Shown: positions 37,600 through 51,383 of the stretch, in pieces
How the letters are laid out: each line of letters begins with the position of its first letter
Numbering within the stretch: position 1 is the stretch's first letter
Assembly (NCBI GenBank): GCA_030324005.1
Contig: JARDVH010000163.1
Coordinates: 2,466,887-2,530,886 of the forward strand
DNA: 64,000 bases
Reading direction: 5' to 3'
Origin: Negaprion brevirostris
Taxonomy: Eukaryota
Notes under the pieces: generated by a model
Database searches by the model: none
What the model was told of the DNA's origin: nothing
What the model saw: only the letters and a program-made list of their open reading frames with translations
Translations under genes and position numbers: made by a program

Positions 37600-39330
37600 T
37601 AAGACTGATTTGAAATTAATGGCAAAAGAGCCAGAGAGTAGTTCTGAGAAATGGGAATCATAATCTCAATAGTACACATTCCAATTTCATGGAACATAGG
37701 CGTTGCTAATTGTACTAGCATTTATTGCCCATCCCTAAGTTTATTTAAGTTTCAGGGTTCTCATGTCGGCCAAAACAGGCAAGGAAGACACACTTATTTC
37801 TCTAGAGGGCACTAATGAACCAAATGTGTTTTTCGACAATGGTTTCGTGGTCATCAAATTTTGAACAAAATAGAGAATAGTCGACTTAGTCGGTAATAAA
37901 AACAGAAAATGCTGGAAAAACTGAACAGGTCNNNNNNNNNNNNNNNNNNNNNNNNNNNNNNNNNNNNNNNNNNNNNNNNNNNNNNNNNNNNNNNNNNNNN
38001 NNNNNNNNNNNNNNNNNNNNNNNNNNNNNNNTAAGACTGATTTGAAATTAATGGCAAAAGAGCCAGGGAGTAGTTCTGAGAAATGGGAATCATAATCTCA
38101 ATAGTACTAGCTACAATTTCATGGAACATGGGCGTTGCTGATTGTATCAGCGTTTATTGCCCATCCCTAAGTTTATTTAAGTTTCAGGGTTTTCATTTCG
38201 GCCAAGACAGGCAAGGAAGACACACTTATTTCTCTAGAGGGCACGAATGAACCATATGTGTTTTTCGACAATGGTTTCGTGGTCATCAAATTTTGAACAA
38301 AATAAAAAATAGTCGCCTTAGTCGGTAATGAAAACAGAAAGTGCTGGAAAAACTGAACAGGTCTGACAAGATGTGTGGAGAGGGAAACAAATTTGAAGTT
38401 TCAAGCCCATTATTATACTTCTTTGGGTTAAAATGGCCTTGACTTGAATAACGGTCATATTGGGCTCCTTTTCTCCCTCAGCAGAATTTTCTTTTCAAAA
38501 AAGAAACTTTTTTCTCTCTTATCGGATGCTGCCGTAGCTGTGCGATTTAGTTTTTTTAGAATTTTCTGGTCTGGTTTCAGATTTCAAATACATATAGCAT
38601 TTTGCTTTCATGTCTGAACTGCCGAATAATTACATCAAAGAGTTGACGCACAGTGGCCCCCTTCTGCGCTGTATGAATAAGTTATTATATAAAACGGTAA
38701 CAACAAATGCAACGTATGCTTGAGCACTCCCAGAAAGGAAGGGCAGAGTGGTNNNNNNNNNNNNNNNNNNNNNNNNNNNNNNNNNNNNNNNNNNNNNNNN
38801 NNNNNNNNNNNNNNNNNNNNNNNNNNNNNNNNNNNNNNNNNNNNNNNNNNNNCAAATTTTGAACAAAATAGAGAATAGTCGACTTAGTCGGTAATAAAAA
38901 CAGAAAATGCTGGAAAAACTGAACAGGTCTGACAACATGTGTGGAGAGGGAAACAAATTTGAAGTTTCAAGCCCATTATTATACTTATTTGGGTTAAAAT
39001 GACCTCGACTTGAAAAACGGTCATATTGGGCTCTTTTTCTCCCTCAGCAGAATTTTCTTCTCAAAAAAAAACCTTTTTCTCTCTTATCGGATGCTGCCGT
39101 AGCTGTGCGATTTAGTTTTTTTAGAATTTTCTGGTTTGGTTTCAGATTTCAAATACATATAGCATTTTGCTTTCATGTCTGAACTGCCGAATAACTACAT
39201 CAAAGAGTTGACGCACTAATGATTGGCCAGTGGCCCCCTTCTGCGCTGTATGAATATGTTATTCCATAAAACGGTAACATGATAAATGCAACGTATGCTT
39301 GAGCACCCCCAGAAAGGATGGGCAGAGTGA
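37600..39330. repeat. Interleaved duplicated segments (A-left / B / A-right) around gaps; contain a SINE fragment and Penelope-like termini
   Basis: 37600-37931 resembles 38032-38362; 38286-38752 resembles 38853-39330; the 37855 and 38853 copies are identical, the middle copy is diverged. Confidence 0.9.
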
Positions 39331-39465
39331 TGAAGTGACGAAAGCGCCAGGCAGCATGATGTTCTTATTGCAATCTACATAACCATGTATATGTATTCCA
39401 TGCACTGTCATTTGATTTGGAAGTGGTCTGAAGCGCCTTACAGTTCTCCACTACGTTAAAGAGCT

Positions 39466-39590
39466 GGGCGGCATTTTCCTGCCGCGCTTGCCCCGAAAAC
39501 GATAATTCCCGCACTCGGTCAAGTGACCATTCCTTGGCCCGCCCCTCGCCGACTTCGATTCCCGTGGCTGGCAAAGCGGGAAAATTGGCC
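39466..39590. mobile_element. Short GC-rich MITE
   Basis: GGGCGGCATTTTCC ... GGGAAAATTGGCCG imperfect inverted ends. Confidence 0.5.
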
Positions 39591-39689
39591 GAGCACTATA
39601 TCAATAGAAGGGTCCGGGTGCGAAGGGTCACTTGTAACCTAGCAGAAAAGACGGAATTAGATACACCATATAATCTTTTAAAACATCAT

Positions 39690-40030
39690 TTATGGAACAT
39701 GCGTGTCGCTGGTTGGCCAGCATTTATTACCATCACTAATTACCCGTGACTGGCAATTGAGAGTCAATCACATTTCTGCAGCTCTGGAGTCACAAGGAGG
39801 TCAGACCAGGAAAGGAGGGCAGATTTCCTTCTTGAAGGACATTGGTGAACCGGATGTGTTTTTCCGACAATGGTTTCATGGTCACCAGTAGATTCTTAAT
39901 TCCAGATTTATTTTATTGAATCAAACTTTGCTATCTGCCCTGGCGGGATTTCAACCCAGACTCCCACAACATTAGTTGAGTTTCTGGATTAATAGTCTGC
40001 TGATAATACCACGAGAGTCTCCTCCCCTTA
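39690..40030 (-). mobile_element. tRNA-derived SINE (SacSINE1/MER131-like)
   Basis: Minus: GTGGTATTATC..GGGTTGAAATCCCGCC head, ACCATGAAACCATTGTCGGAAAAAC..GAAGGAAATCTGCC core, AAATGCTGGCCAACCAGCGAC tail. Confidence 0.7.
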
Positions 40031-41439
40031 AGCGGCTATACTGGTAAAAAAAAAACTAATTGCAGTTTTGTTGAGGATATATATAATTTTATTATTTTGC
40101 TCTGTTTTTAAAAGCTTAAGCATAAACGAGTTAGGACTTTGCACTATAGCTCAAATTTTTGCTCAGCTTCCTGCTTCCCCTCACTCGATCATGTATTGCT
40201 GCTGCAAACTGCTGCAGGCATCGCATCAAACAGGCCTTAGTGCTCGATTATGTAGCAGGCGTCAACCACAGATGATAAGATAAGCAATTGCTATACTTCA
40301 GTCTGAGGTTTGTGTCACTACTCATAAACAAACGGTAGTTTCCAGGCTTACAGCTGAGCTCATAGCCGCACTTATCAAAAAATTGCAAGAGTTATTTGCA
40401 AACTTTTAAATTTGCAAGTGATCAGTTGAATCAATTGTACCTCAAAGCAATTCGAAGTGCTGTGACAGCTCATATCCCGTGCCTATGGTGTATGCGTGCT
40501 CCGGAATCTCCAGTAAAATCTGGCAACTTGGATAACTACGGAAATTGCCCCCACTTTCTTAAAATGATTGCTTCTGGTCTTAACAAGCCGTTGAGGTCAC
40601 CGTCACATATAGAAACACTGCAGAAGTCAGGGAGGTAGTGAACAAATAGCGCCAGACAGTTTAGAAGGGCATTAGCAGGGTAAGCTTTGGAGTTCGCAGC
40701 AAAAGACAGAAAGTGCACGATACCGCCAAATGTGTGTTTTCTCGTGATGATTATCTGACATGTTGACAGATCTTCAGAAAATGCAGTCATAGACATATCC
40801 AATAAACAGTTTGCATATTAGTGCATAACAAGTTTGAATAATGTGTAGAAATAATGTTAGCGTAAGGAGTTTGCTCAACTGCGGATAGGCTGTTCGTTCC
40901 ACAAAAGCCAACTCGAGCCCTTCATGATAACCTGCCACATTAATGGCATGATCAAATAAATCGTTGAGTGGGATCAACTGAAGCACATGGTCACCACAGG
41001 TCCAATGACATGATCAGAGAACATGCTGAAACCTTATGATTAAGTTTTCAAGAGCTATGGGGGCAATAAAACACCAGGGCTTTGAAAGTCGCAGTCTCTG
41101 TTTAGTTCCCAGCCTAAGACATTACAGGACATATGAATAACAATACAACTTAAAGAACAGACAACTATACAATGCCATTGGGTGACCCTTTCTGCAGGAG
41201 GAAGTGCCTGGCTGAGGCGTTGAAGGGAACGGAGTGAAGGTAATTGTGCTCTGAAGGCAGGCCGTCTGAGTTTCATTCAGTACTCTCGAATCTGTGCACA
41301 AGCATTGGGGGTTGCCCTAATATCTCAGTTTCAAACAGGAGGCCGGAAAGCAGCAGATGGATTATAAATGTCAACATGTTGAAACAGTAATGTGACCTGA
41401 GCAGCTTCCACAGACCTGAGGTTTTGTAAATGAGAACTC

Positions 41440-42800
41440 ATATAGTTATAGAGTCATAGATGTTTACACCATGGAAACAGGCCCTGCGGCCTGCTCCAAT
41501 GCTGTAAACTTGTCCATGCCGCCCATTTTTAGCCACTAAACTGGTCCTAATGGCCTGCGTTTGGCCTATATCCCTCGATACCCATCTTACGCATGTAACT
41601 GTCTAAACGCTTTTTAAAACACAACATTGCACCCGCCTCTATTGCTACCTTTGGCATATTGTTCCAGACACCCACCACCCTCTGTGTGAAACGATTCGCC
41701 CTCTGGACCATTTTGGATCTCTTCCCTCTCACCTTAAATCTAAGCCCTTGAGTTTTAGACTCTCCTCCCTTTGGGAAAATATATTGACTAGCTGATCTAC
41801 ACCCCTCATTATTTTATGAACATCTGTAAGATTGCCCCTAAGCCTCCTACACTCTGAGATAAGAGTGTCAGCCTATCGAGCGTCTCCTTACAACTCAAAT
41901 CATCAAGTCCTGCTAGCATCCTAGTAAATCTTTTCTGCACTCTTTGTAGTTTAATGATATCATTTCTATATTAGCATGACCAGAACTGTACACAGTATTC
42001 CAAGTGTGGCATTACCAATGTCTTGAAGAACTTCAGCAAGACATTCCAACTCCTGTATTNNNNNNNNNNNNNNNNNNNNNNNNNNNNNNNNNNNNNNNNN
42101 NNNNNNNNNNNNNNNNNNNNNNNNNNNNNNNNNNNNNNNNNNNNNNNNNNNNNNNNNNNGAACTGTACACAGTATTCCAAGTGTGGCATTACCAATGTCT
42201 TGAAGAACTTCAGCAAGACATTCCAACTCCTGTATTCAATGATCTGGCCGATGAAACCAAGCATACCAAATTCCTTCTTCACCACTCTGTACACCTGTGA
42301 CTCCACTTTCACTGAGCTATGAAACTGTACCCCTAGATCTCTTTGTTTTGTAACTCTCCCCAACGCTCTAACAGTAACTGAGTGAGTCCTGCCCTGGTTC
42401 GATCCACCAAAATGCATCACCCCACATTTATTCAAATTAAACTCCATCTGCCATTTGTCAGCCTACTGGCCCAATTGATCAAGATCCCATTGCAATTGGA
42501 GGTAACTTTCTTCACTGTCCACTATACCACCAATCTTGGTGTCATCCGCAAACGTACTAACCATGCCTCCTAAATTCTCATCCAAATCATTCATATAAAT
42601 GACAAATAAGTGGACCCAACACAGAACCCTGTGGCATATCGCTTGTCATAGGCCTCCAGTTTGAAAAATACAGCCGTCTATATTCACCCTCTGTCTTCTG
42701 TCACCAAGCCAATTTTGTATACATTTTGGTACCTCACCCAGGATTGAGTGAGATTTATTCCTATGCAACAACTACCACACGGTACATTGTCAAACTCTTT
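41440..42800 (-). mobile_element. CR1 LINE 3' portion
   Basis: MEFNLNKCGVMHFGGSN..DLGVQFHSSVK..LVMPHLEYCVQFW, FTQRVVGVWNNMP; (CATAGAGT)n tail at ~41440-41460. Confidence 0.9.
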
Positions 42801-43329
42801 CACCCATCATCCTAAAAGATGGAACTGTGAATCCATTTGAAGACTGTCTACAAAACTGACCAAATTCTGACTTAAAATATAGAGCTTATGAGAAAAAAAA
42901 GCACTGCGATTAATGCCCTTGCTGGAAAGGAGGGTTTTAAACTAAATTGCGAAATTTGCTCCAACCAGGATGAAATAGCAGACAATCGAGATAGCGCAAA
43001 TTGCATTGGGAGAGGTAAATGTGACAGCAGTCGAATACATTAGGCCTAGTTCAGATTCGAAGAGTTTCTCACATGAAGCCATCCAGACATTTTTGGAATG
43101 AATTTAATTAAGTTCATGGAATGTGGTCGATCAATTGCGTAACATAACACACGCTACTACATAAGATGATTAGTTAGAGGTTGCATCAGAGGCCTGTTTC
43201 AGGAAGGTCAGATTACGAACTTAGTATTCCTGCCTACAACTTATTCAATAACGGAAAAAGTGTGTAAAAGAGAGATAAGTCTGACAATTTTGATTTAACA
43301 AGCCATTGTAACTGGGAGAGGGATAATTT

Positions 43330-46300
43330 AGTTGAGGATCAAACTCATGTCTAATTATTTAGAATCCAGCAATAAAGGAGGCTTCACGACACCATTAGGA
43401 TGAATTACATTGGCCATCAAATTCGGGAAAGAGACAGAGGAGCAACATTGCCCGTAACTGGAATAAACGCGTATATCCCACAGATTAGTGACAATAGCGG
43501 AACAAATATTATCCACATTTCGGCTGGTGCAGTAATAGTATAAAGTGCAAGAAGAAAGTCGAATTCCTGAAATATATACTTGAAAATATTTGTTCAGCAT
43601 GTTTCCAGTCCAATGAAGAAGAAAAGAGTGCAGGATTAAGGATCCAAAGAAGGGAGTTCTGGAAGACATTTCACTTAGAAAGCATTTTGTTGATAATGAA
43701 TATAGCATTTTCAGAGGTACAACAATTATGGAAATAATCAGGTACATTAGGTCATACAAACCTTTAACTGGAGCAGGCGTTACTTTAGCCAGTTGAGAAT
43801 AAATCTAGCCCAAATGCACGGAAATCAAAACAGTAACTAAACGTATACAGGACAACAAGAGTGTTTCGCACTTTTTAAATGCAGAGGCGGCGGATTCCCA
43901 TCAAGCAGAAAATAAGCACATCTACAGTCAGAGATCCCTTGACTGAAGTAAGTATGAGATTAGGTGTGCTGACACAACAAATATTAAGGGTCGATAACTT
44001 CCGGTTATGATTGAAGAGACTTTCGTCAGAAATAGGTATGGCCTTAGATAACTGTTGCATTGAAGGTACATCTCAAGGTTATAACTAATATTGTGGAAAA
44101 TCGCCACATTGCCCTGTTGGCATACGTAAACCCAACGACTCATCCCATCGGACCAAGCACTGTCCCATCAGATTACTGAGAATCATCAGAAAAGTTCAGG
44201 GCAGTTTCATGGGGGAAACACATCAAGTGGCATTTACTCAGCAGCAATTTGTTCATCAATGTTCATTTGGATCCGGCAGGATCATTCCGCTACATTAATC
44301 ATTGCCCACCTTTCCAAAAAGAGAATGGTCGAATTTCAGAGTTGAGTTGGGCGTGATTGCAAATGGCTTCAAGGTGATATTGAAAGACCCAGAAATCAAG
44401 GGTTCCTGTTGAACTGAAGTTTATGACATGAGGCGAAAAACATTCCGCATTGGCTGGAGGCACATGTTGTAAAAGTGGTGACGACTGCGATAGGTCAAGT
44501 CCAAACATACTCTTCAAGGTGTGGTCCTAGGCCCAACCATCTTAAAGTACTTTGTGAAAGAGTTTTCCCCCATCAGTAGGTCAGAAGTGGAGATGTTTGC
44601 TGATGAATGAAGATTGTTCATTTCCATGCGTAACTCCTCATCCGCATTCGGGAAAGCTAGGAAACATTCGATTTTCCAAGTACTTGAAAATGACCATCTG
44701 CAACAAAAGACAATTTAAGTATCTCTTCGTACTGTTCTCCGACATGACTAGGGCTGAATGCCCTACTGGATAATGGATCTTATCTTTGGCCAGAAATTTA
44801 ACCATTAGTATAAATGCTCTGGCTTCAAGAGCAAGTCGGAGGCCGTGAACTCAGTACACTTTCATGCCCTTTCTGACTTCCCAAGAGCTGTGTAGATCTA
44901 TTGTGCAAACCTCTTGGTTCTATTAAGTACATCTCCGGGCACATAGAAGAGATGGGATCTCTCTTATTGTACACAAGCCCGTTTGATTGGCACGCATTCC
45001 AGCACCTTATACATAAATTTCACAAAAAAACTGGTGCAGAGGGCAAAAAGTTATTCTATCTGACACATGCAACAGTCCAACGCATATTTGACAGCTTCTA
45101 TGAGACAAGTGTTTTTTATCACCTACGAAAACCAGTATGGAAGATGCAAGTTCCACTCCAAGTTGTACAATTTGTTCTTAATAAGACGCAAACGTCAACA
45201 TGGACTGCAAACGTTAACATGTTTTCTCTCTTCACTGATGCTGCCACACTGACTTTTTTTTTGAAATTTGTTTTGCTTTTATTCCTGTCTTTAACAGGCC
45301 TATCGCTGTGCCTACACCAGAAGAAGGGCGGCTGAACATCACCTCCTGAAAATAAATTTGTAAAAAACTCTAAATGTTGGCCCAGCAGCGATCCCAGTAT
45401 AACAACATAATAACATGAAACGTTTGCAGTAAAGCACTGAGTTGGAACGACAGAACTCACAGATATTACGTGGTGTATCCATGGCAACTGATTGATGCTT
45501 GGATTGACATCTCCACTGCCCTCGAATCCTGCATTGACATTGTGGTGTTGCGAGATACCAGGAGAATAGGGAAAACGCTAAAATGATGAGGTAAAGGTGA
45601 CAACTGCATGCTGGTCAGCTAATACTGTTTCTAGCAACGAAATTTTTGACATGAAACCTGGAAACAAATAATGGATTTTGAGAATATTATGGGCGGAGGT
45701 ATGATAACTAGCGACAGACGCATTAAGAACGCAACATATTTCGAGAATACGCTTGTGGCTTTTGATGAAAAAAACTAAAATAGCAGATGGGACAATAGAA
45801 TCATGGAAAAGTTAAACGCAGAAACAGGCCAAACAATTCATTATGGCTGTGCAGGAAGAATAGTAAAAAAGAGAAACGAGCCCTTCGTTCTAATCCAATT
45901 TTCCAACATCTGGTCCATAGTATTGCATGTTACAGCACACGGCACCCAACATGAAAAAGAATCAGGCAATAGAAATGTTATAATAATAAAAAGAAGCCTT
46001 TAAAGTTGCCAGAAATAATAGTGAAGTTGCGGATTGGGGTGTTTTGTACAGGGGGGATGAGAACATGTAAACAAATATAGCAAGGGAGAATAGAATATCA
46101 GTGAAAATAGGTAAGTTACATATAACTGGATTGCAAAACAAATATAGATACATAAAAGAAAGCATTTGGCTCAGAGGAATTTGGCTTCATTACTGGCAGG
46201 CCGAGGTGAATTTATAACGCAAAATAGAGGAATGACAGAGAATTGTGATGATTACTTGGTGTATGTCTTCACTGCGAAAGTTATAAGAAATTTTCCAGGA

Positions 46301-47500
46301 ATAGAGATCAAGGGAACTAGAGAGAGCAGATTTATTGTGATTGTGGGACATGTGTGTCGCTGGTTGGCAAGTACCTATTTCCCATCCCGAATTACCCTTT
46401 GCGGGAAGTTGAAATTTAACAACATTGCTGTGGCACTGGAGTTACACGTAGGTCAGAGCAGATAAGGAGGGCAGATATCCTTCCTTAAAGGATATTGGCG
46501 AACCACATGGGTGTTCCAACATGGCTTCATGGTCATCTGCTGATTCTTAGTTTACTGAATTCAAATTTCACCAGCTATGGTGATGGGATTTGACCCATGT
46601 CCTCAAAACATGAGCTGATTTTCTGGAATAACAGCCTGAAGATATAACTACTGGGCCATTGCCTTTCCCAGCCACTCCTAATAATTATTGAGCGAAATTA
46701 GTGATGATCAGAAAACGATTCTGCAGAAATAAACAGAAAGCAGATTTTTAAGACTCCAGAGTTGATGTTCTGACATAAACGTTGGAAGGGATAATAGAGA
46801 TAATTGTAGAGATAATTGATGTATTGTTGATCATTTTGCAAATTTCAAAAAATCCTGGAATGGCCCCTGCAGACTCAATGGGAGTCACTCTAATACTTTC
46901 AACCTCCTCGGTGTGCAGGGGAAGGAGAGTAGAAGAGAACTGCAGACCCTTTAATCTTATGTAGTCAGTTTGTTGGAATCTAAAAGATAAGTTGTGATAA
47001 GTGGAAAAACGAATGATAATGTCCTGGTTGTTTACAATCATTCTGGATTTATGAATTGGAAATTACGTTTAAAGACAAAACTGTAAGAGTGTTTAGACGA
47101 ATTGGCGAACAGAAGAAATAATAGTGAATCAGTCGGCGTTGTATATTTGGATTTTGAGAAGATATTCTTTGAAGGCGCACACGGAAGGTTGGCTCGAAAA
47201 ATTAAGGCACATTGGATAAGAGGTGACATACTAGTGTGGGTTAGAAATTGTCTCAGATGCACAAAATAGAGAGTAGAATGCAATGCGTCATCTTTGATTG
47301 GCAGGTCTTAATCAGTGGATTAACACAAGGATCCGTACTTTAGCCCAGATACCCTCATCATATTTCAATGAATACGATACAATAATGGATACAGTTTCGC
47401 GGATGACAGAATCTAAAGAGGAAGGGTGTGTTGTGAGGGAGATGGGAACGGCCTCAATGGAATTTGGTCAGATTGAGCAACCCACACTGGATTAGACCAC
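43330..47500 (+). mobile_element. Very old LINE debris (CR1 ~43330-43900 and ~45600-47500; L2/CR1-like ~44200-45200) with a minus-strand SINE at ~46340-46670
   Basis: Remnants such as QGVVLGPT..MFADE (44515-44610), VYLDFEK (47140), and the SINE core matching 39690. Confidence 0.6.
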
Positions 47501-47869
47501 ATTATAGATCCTCAGGATGACCTTACACTTCCTTTTTGCTGAGCTAAGAGATTTACTAATCATTCGACACGACTGATTTAATCCTTCTGAGTATTTTCTA
47601 GATGATGTGTACTTCCGTTGGAGAAGAACCAAACTGCATGTTCACCCGAACTGATTTGTTGTTTCAATGCAATTACTCATTAAACCCAGCCCCCTAATAT
47701 TTTCTAAATTTGAAGTCTAATTCGAAACATGCCTGGCAATGTCGATATCTGTAACCCCACCCATCGCAACGCAGTTACTAACCGTTTGCCTAAACTGGTA
47801 ACGATACCGGTCACTGCTGTACGGTTCCGGTTGAAAAATCAGAAAAGAATGTCAGCAATCACTGACATG

Positions 47870-48009
47870 TGATGCATAAATATAATCTTTGTTTCCTGAG
47901 CGCCACATGTCCTTCTCAGCGAGCTGGGGTACGATTTCTCCGCAGAACCATTGATCACGTTTCCTTCGGTTCTGTATAATACAATCGCCGAGAAAAGCAG
48001 CGCTTGGAG
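47870..48009 (+). promoter_or_regulatory. Putative promoter / 5' UTR of the secreted-protein gene
   Basis: Locally CpG-rich unique sequence; TATA-like CATAAATATAA at ~47875; G at -3 of the ATG at 48010. Confidence 0.35.
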
Positions 48010-48040
48010 ATGTTGGTGCTGTTTCTCCATGTTTTACTGG
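48010..48040 (+). CDS. Signal-peptide exon of an unidentified secreted protein
   Basis: ATG TTG GTG CTG TTT CTC CAT GTT TTA CTG G|GTAAGT = MLVLFLHVLL, consensus donor, phase 1; in frame with the 50892 exon. Confidence 0.65.
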
Positions 48041-48600
48041 GTAAGTATATCTCCATTCTGCTTTCCTGAATTTGGATAGGAGGCATGATCTCCGAGTGCT
48101 TTTGCATATTCCAATTTGTCGCACAGAATGCATCATCATTTTAAAATGATGCGCCTTTTGTTGCTTATTTTCACGGTGTCCAAAATTTACCCGGTGTTAC
48201 AAATTCTCAGCTCCGAATCGCTCAGGAGCAAACGGATAAGGAAATGTCAATCGCCGTTCGACAATTTATGATTGTGCAATATAAAGCTTCGTTTTTGGCC
48301 TGTGCACTTATCATGAACGCTATTTCCAGAAATTATTCTAATTTCATAGAATTAGGTAGATATTTGGTTTGAATGTGTAACAATCCAAAATTTATTGAAC
48401 CTTAAATTGCCAAAGACTGATTTTCAGCTGCCTGAGCTGGTAGATAGTTAACTAATTCTATCGAATAATTATATAATAGTATAACTTGGTACCCTCTACG
48501 GGAATAAGTTAATCATATGTCACAAAGTTTGTGATTTGAGATGAACATGTTTGATGAAAGCCTGAATGTGCTTTGGAAACCATAGTTTTAAAGAAAGTAA

Positions 48601-48920
48601 GGGCGGCATGGCGACACGGTGGTTAGCCCTGCTGCTTCACAGCACCAGGGACCCCGGGTTCAATTCCGGCCTCGGATAACTGCCTGTGTCGAGTTGCACA
48701 TTCTCCCCGTGTCTGCGTGGGTTTCCTCTGAGTGCTTCGGTTTCCTCCCAGACTCCAAAGATGTGCGGGTTAGGTTATTTGGCCGTGCTAAATTGATCCT
48801 AGTGTTCGACCATTAGCAGGGTAAATATGTGGGGTTACGGGAATAGCGTCTGGTTGGGATTGTGGTCCATGCAGACTTGATGGGCCGGGTGGACTCTCTC
48901 TACACTATAGCGATTCCAAT
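48601..48920 (+). mobile_element. HE1-type V-SINE
   Basis: GGGCGGCATGG..GGTTAGC..GGACCCGGGTTCAATTCC head, core GGTTTCCTCCCAGACTCCAAAGATGTGC. Confidence 0.85.
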
Positions 48921-50891
48921 CCACAATTCCGTGATTGATTTCATGATTTGGATTTGGATCCTTGAGTTAATATTGTAAATCCCCGAGGATAACAGAGACA
49001 AACATTGGCGAAATAATTTCTTTCGAAAAAATAAACAGACTTCTCGTCTCAATCTGTCGCCATGTAGACAATTCCAATCTGGAATTAATTGTATTAATTT
49101 GCATTAATAACAAAAGACAGGACATGTTTATGAATTAGATATTCGAAGCGATGTTGTGTTGGACTCAAAAATGGAGATTCACTTATCTCTACTTGACGTT
49201 CTCATCCAGGAAATCAGAAAATTTGAACCATGGGAATCAATAATTTGGTACATTCCGTTAGTACTATTTTAGAATTTTACTTACTGCGATGTTTTCACTG
49301 ACTTTCAACATTTCAAGACCGGAATTTATTGGTGAATGTGAAGCCGACGTACCTTGAACCAAAGAGAAGCGTTTCATAATTTCACCAAGTTCCTAATGCA
49401 CCTGAAAGGAATCATGCCATGAGCATAATGCCTCTTTCACTTTGCAACGTTGCTCGCAAGCACAATCCGAGGAACTTTCCTCATTATTCTGGAAAAAAAG
49501 GCGAGGTGACATCCAACATCCAGCTTGAACTATTTGTATGTGCAATGGCGTCTATAACCTTTCCTCTCTTCAATCGGGGCCAGATTTAATTCAACCGATT
49601 CCACGTACGTTTCCTTATTCTTCTCCGTTCTGTGAGTATACGTTAACTGAGAGTAGGATGCGAATCCGCCTTAAATCAAGCCCACTCAAGGTGATGGGGA
49701 AGTGGAATGAACGGGGGCCACGGAGTTAGTTGGTATGCACAATGGCACGGAAGGCGAACGGCAGTGAATTGGCTCTTCGGGTAATTTTGAAGCTTGCCGC
49801 TCCAGAAATAATGTAAATCAGGAGTAAGCGGAGGTGGTCTTAAACCTACACCTGATTCACTGCAACCAGTTTACACCCGACCATGGAAGCTAAAATGATG
49901 GGTAACTGGATGCAAATGTCACTGGCATAATTCGAATTTAGTTACATAGACCGCAAAGCGAAATTTGATTTATTCCTTCAGGATTCTGCTTGGAGATAAA
50001 TCCAACCTGCATTATTGTACACAATCCCGGTGATGCATTCACGGGGATGACATTTGTCCTTCAACTGATATCGAGGACAATGAAATAAGCGAGATGTGAA
50101 CGTTCTATTTTACGAAAAATTTGCAGAGACTAATTTTGAAACGGATGCGATTCAAAAATTAGAGATATATAAAAGGGCAGGCGATTCGATAAATTACTGT
50201 ACAAGCTTCAGACATATACCCTTTTCAATATTATTAATTATTCTTTGCAAAATTTCATTGACGTTTTAGTTGTTTAATTCATAGGTATAAAATAAAATGT
50301 CAGAGTGAAATGGACACTGAGCTCAACATTGCCAGGCATTATTGGCTCAGACAATGGATCAAATTTCCTTGCACGGTGACTGGCAGTAAAGATGTGGCTA
50401 TTTCTCTGAGTTGTTTCAATGCGTGTTCGGAAGCGTAGGTATGTTATTTGTCGTTATTCACGACGTTCTTTAAATTATGTGGGCTCCCAGTCCAGAGTAT
50501 GCAATTCAATTGAATGGCGGTGCCCCAAAGAATGAGCTCTTAATGCAATTTTTCAATTATTTATAATCTTCCTCATTGGTTCCACTGTTATGGTAGGACG
50601 TTGTGCGATGTGCGTTGGTGGAAGCCGAGTGAGCGCGGGGGGAGAGGGGGCGGGGGGAGCGACGAATTGGATTCCTCGTTAAAAGCTTAACATGTACGGA
50701 ATAAATTGAATGGCCTTCTTCCGTAACATTCCATTTGACTATAGTTCTATTCCTTGTACGGCTTGAATTAATACAATATAAGTTAAATGAGAGGATTTTT
50801 GAAATTACAGTGTTCAGTTTCGTATATTTATTAACACTAGTCAAACGTTGTTGCGTTTTAGAACTGATATCATCCATTATTTGTGTTTTAG

Positions 50892-50960
50892 CCGCAGCAT
50901 TTGGAACACCTTTGCAACCGACAAGTCAACCAGCTACCGTTGAAGAAGTTACTGAGGAAG
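50892..50960 (+). CDS. 69-bp phase 1-1 exon, copy A: (A)AAFGTPLQPTSQPATVEEVTEE
   Basis: TTTGTGTTTTAG acceptor, AAG|GTAAGA donor, open frame that completes a signal peptide. Confidence 0.7.
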
Positions 50961-51383
50961 GTAAGACATTCCTAAATTTGGAGCTAAATGAACAATAAAA
51001 TATTAATTACCGGAATAAAATGATTATTTGTATCCATTTCAAAATGTTGGTAAGCAGATGTAGGCCATACATCTTGTTCCCTGACGATACAGAATTTTGC
51101 TTTTCTGAGGTTCAACACTGAGACTGCAGGACAGTTAACTCCTCTGGACATGTGCTATTGCTGAAGACATAGCTCGAATCTCGCTTAAAGTTTGGTGTTT
51201 TACTTTCATTAAACAGTAGCCTGAATCATGATTATATTGCAGCGCCCTTCTTCAGCCTCTTGAATCTTATGCGTCCGTAAAATTTCAGTGGGCCCCTGAT
51301 GTAGACACTCCAGTTGCATGGCTCTCTGGGAAAGATAAAAGCAAATTACCGCGGATGCTGGAATTTGAAACATGAAGAGACAA

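Noticed and set aside
40774-40986. Minus ORF IPLNDLFDHAINVAGYH..LAF..AYP resembling growth hormone/prolactin helix 1
   Set aside because: In-frame stop about 10 codons upstream, no signal peptide, no donor at the expected position and no other GH/PRL exons; likely chance
41983-42237. Exact ~78-bp direct repeat on either side of a 100-N gap (similar case at 29667/29943)
   Set aside because: Identical contig-end overlap, not a biological repeat
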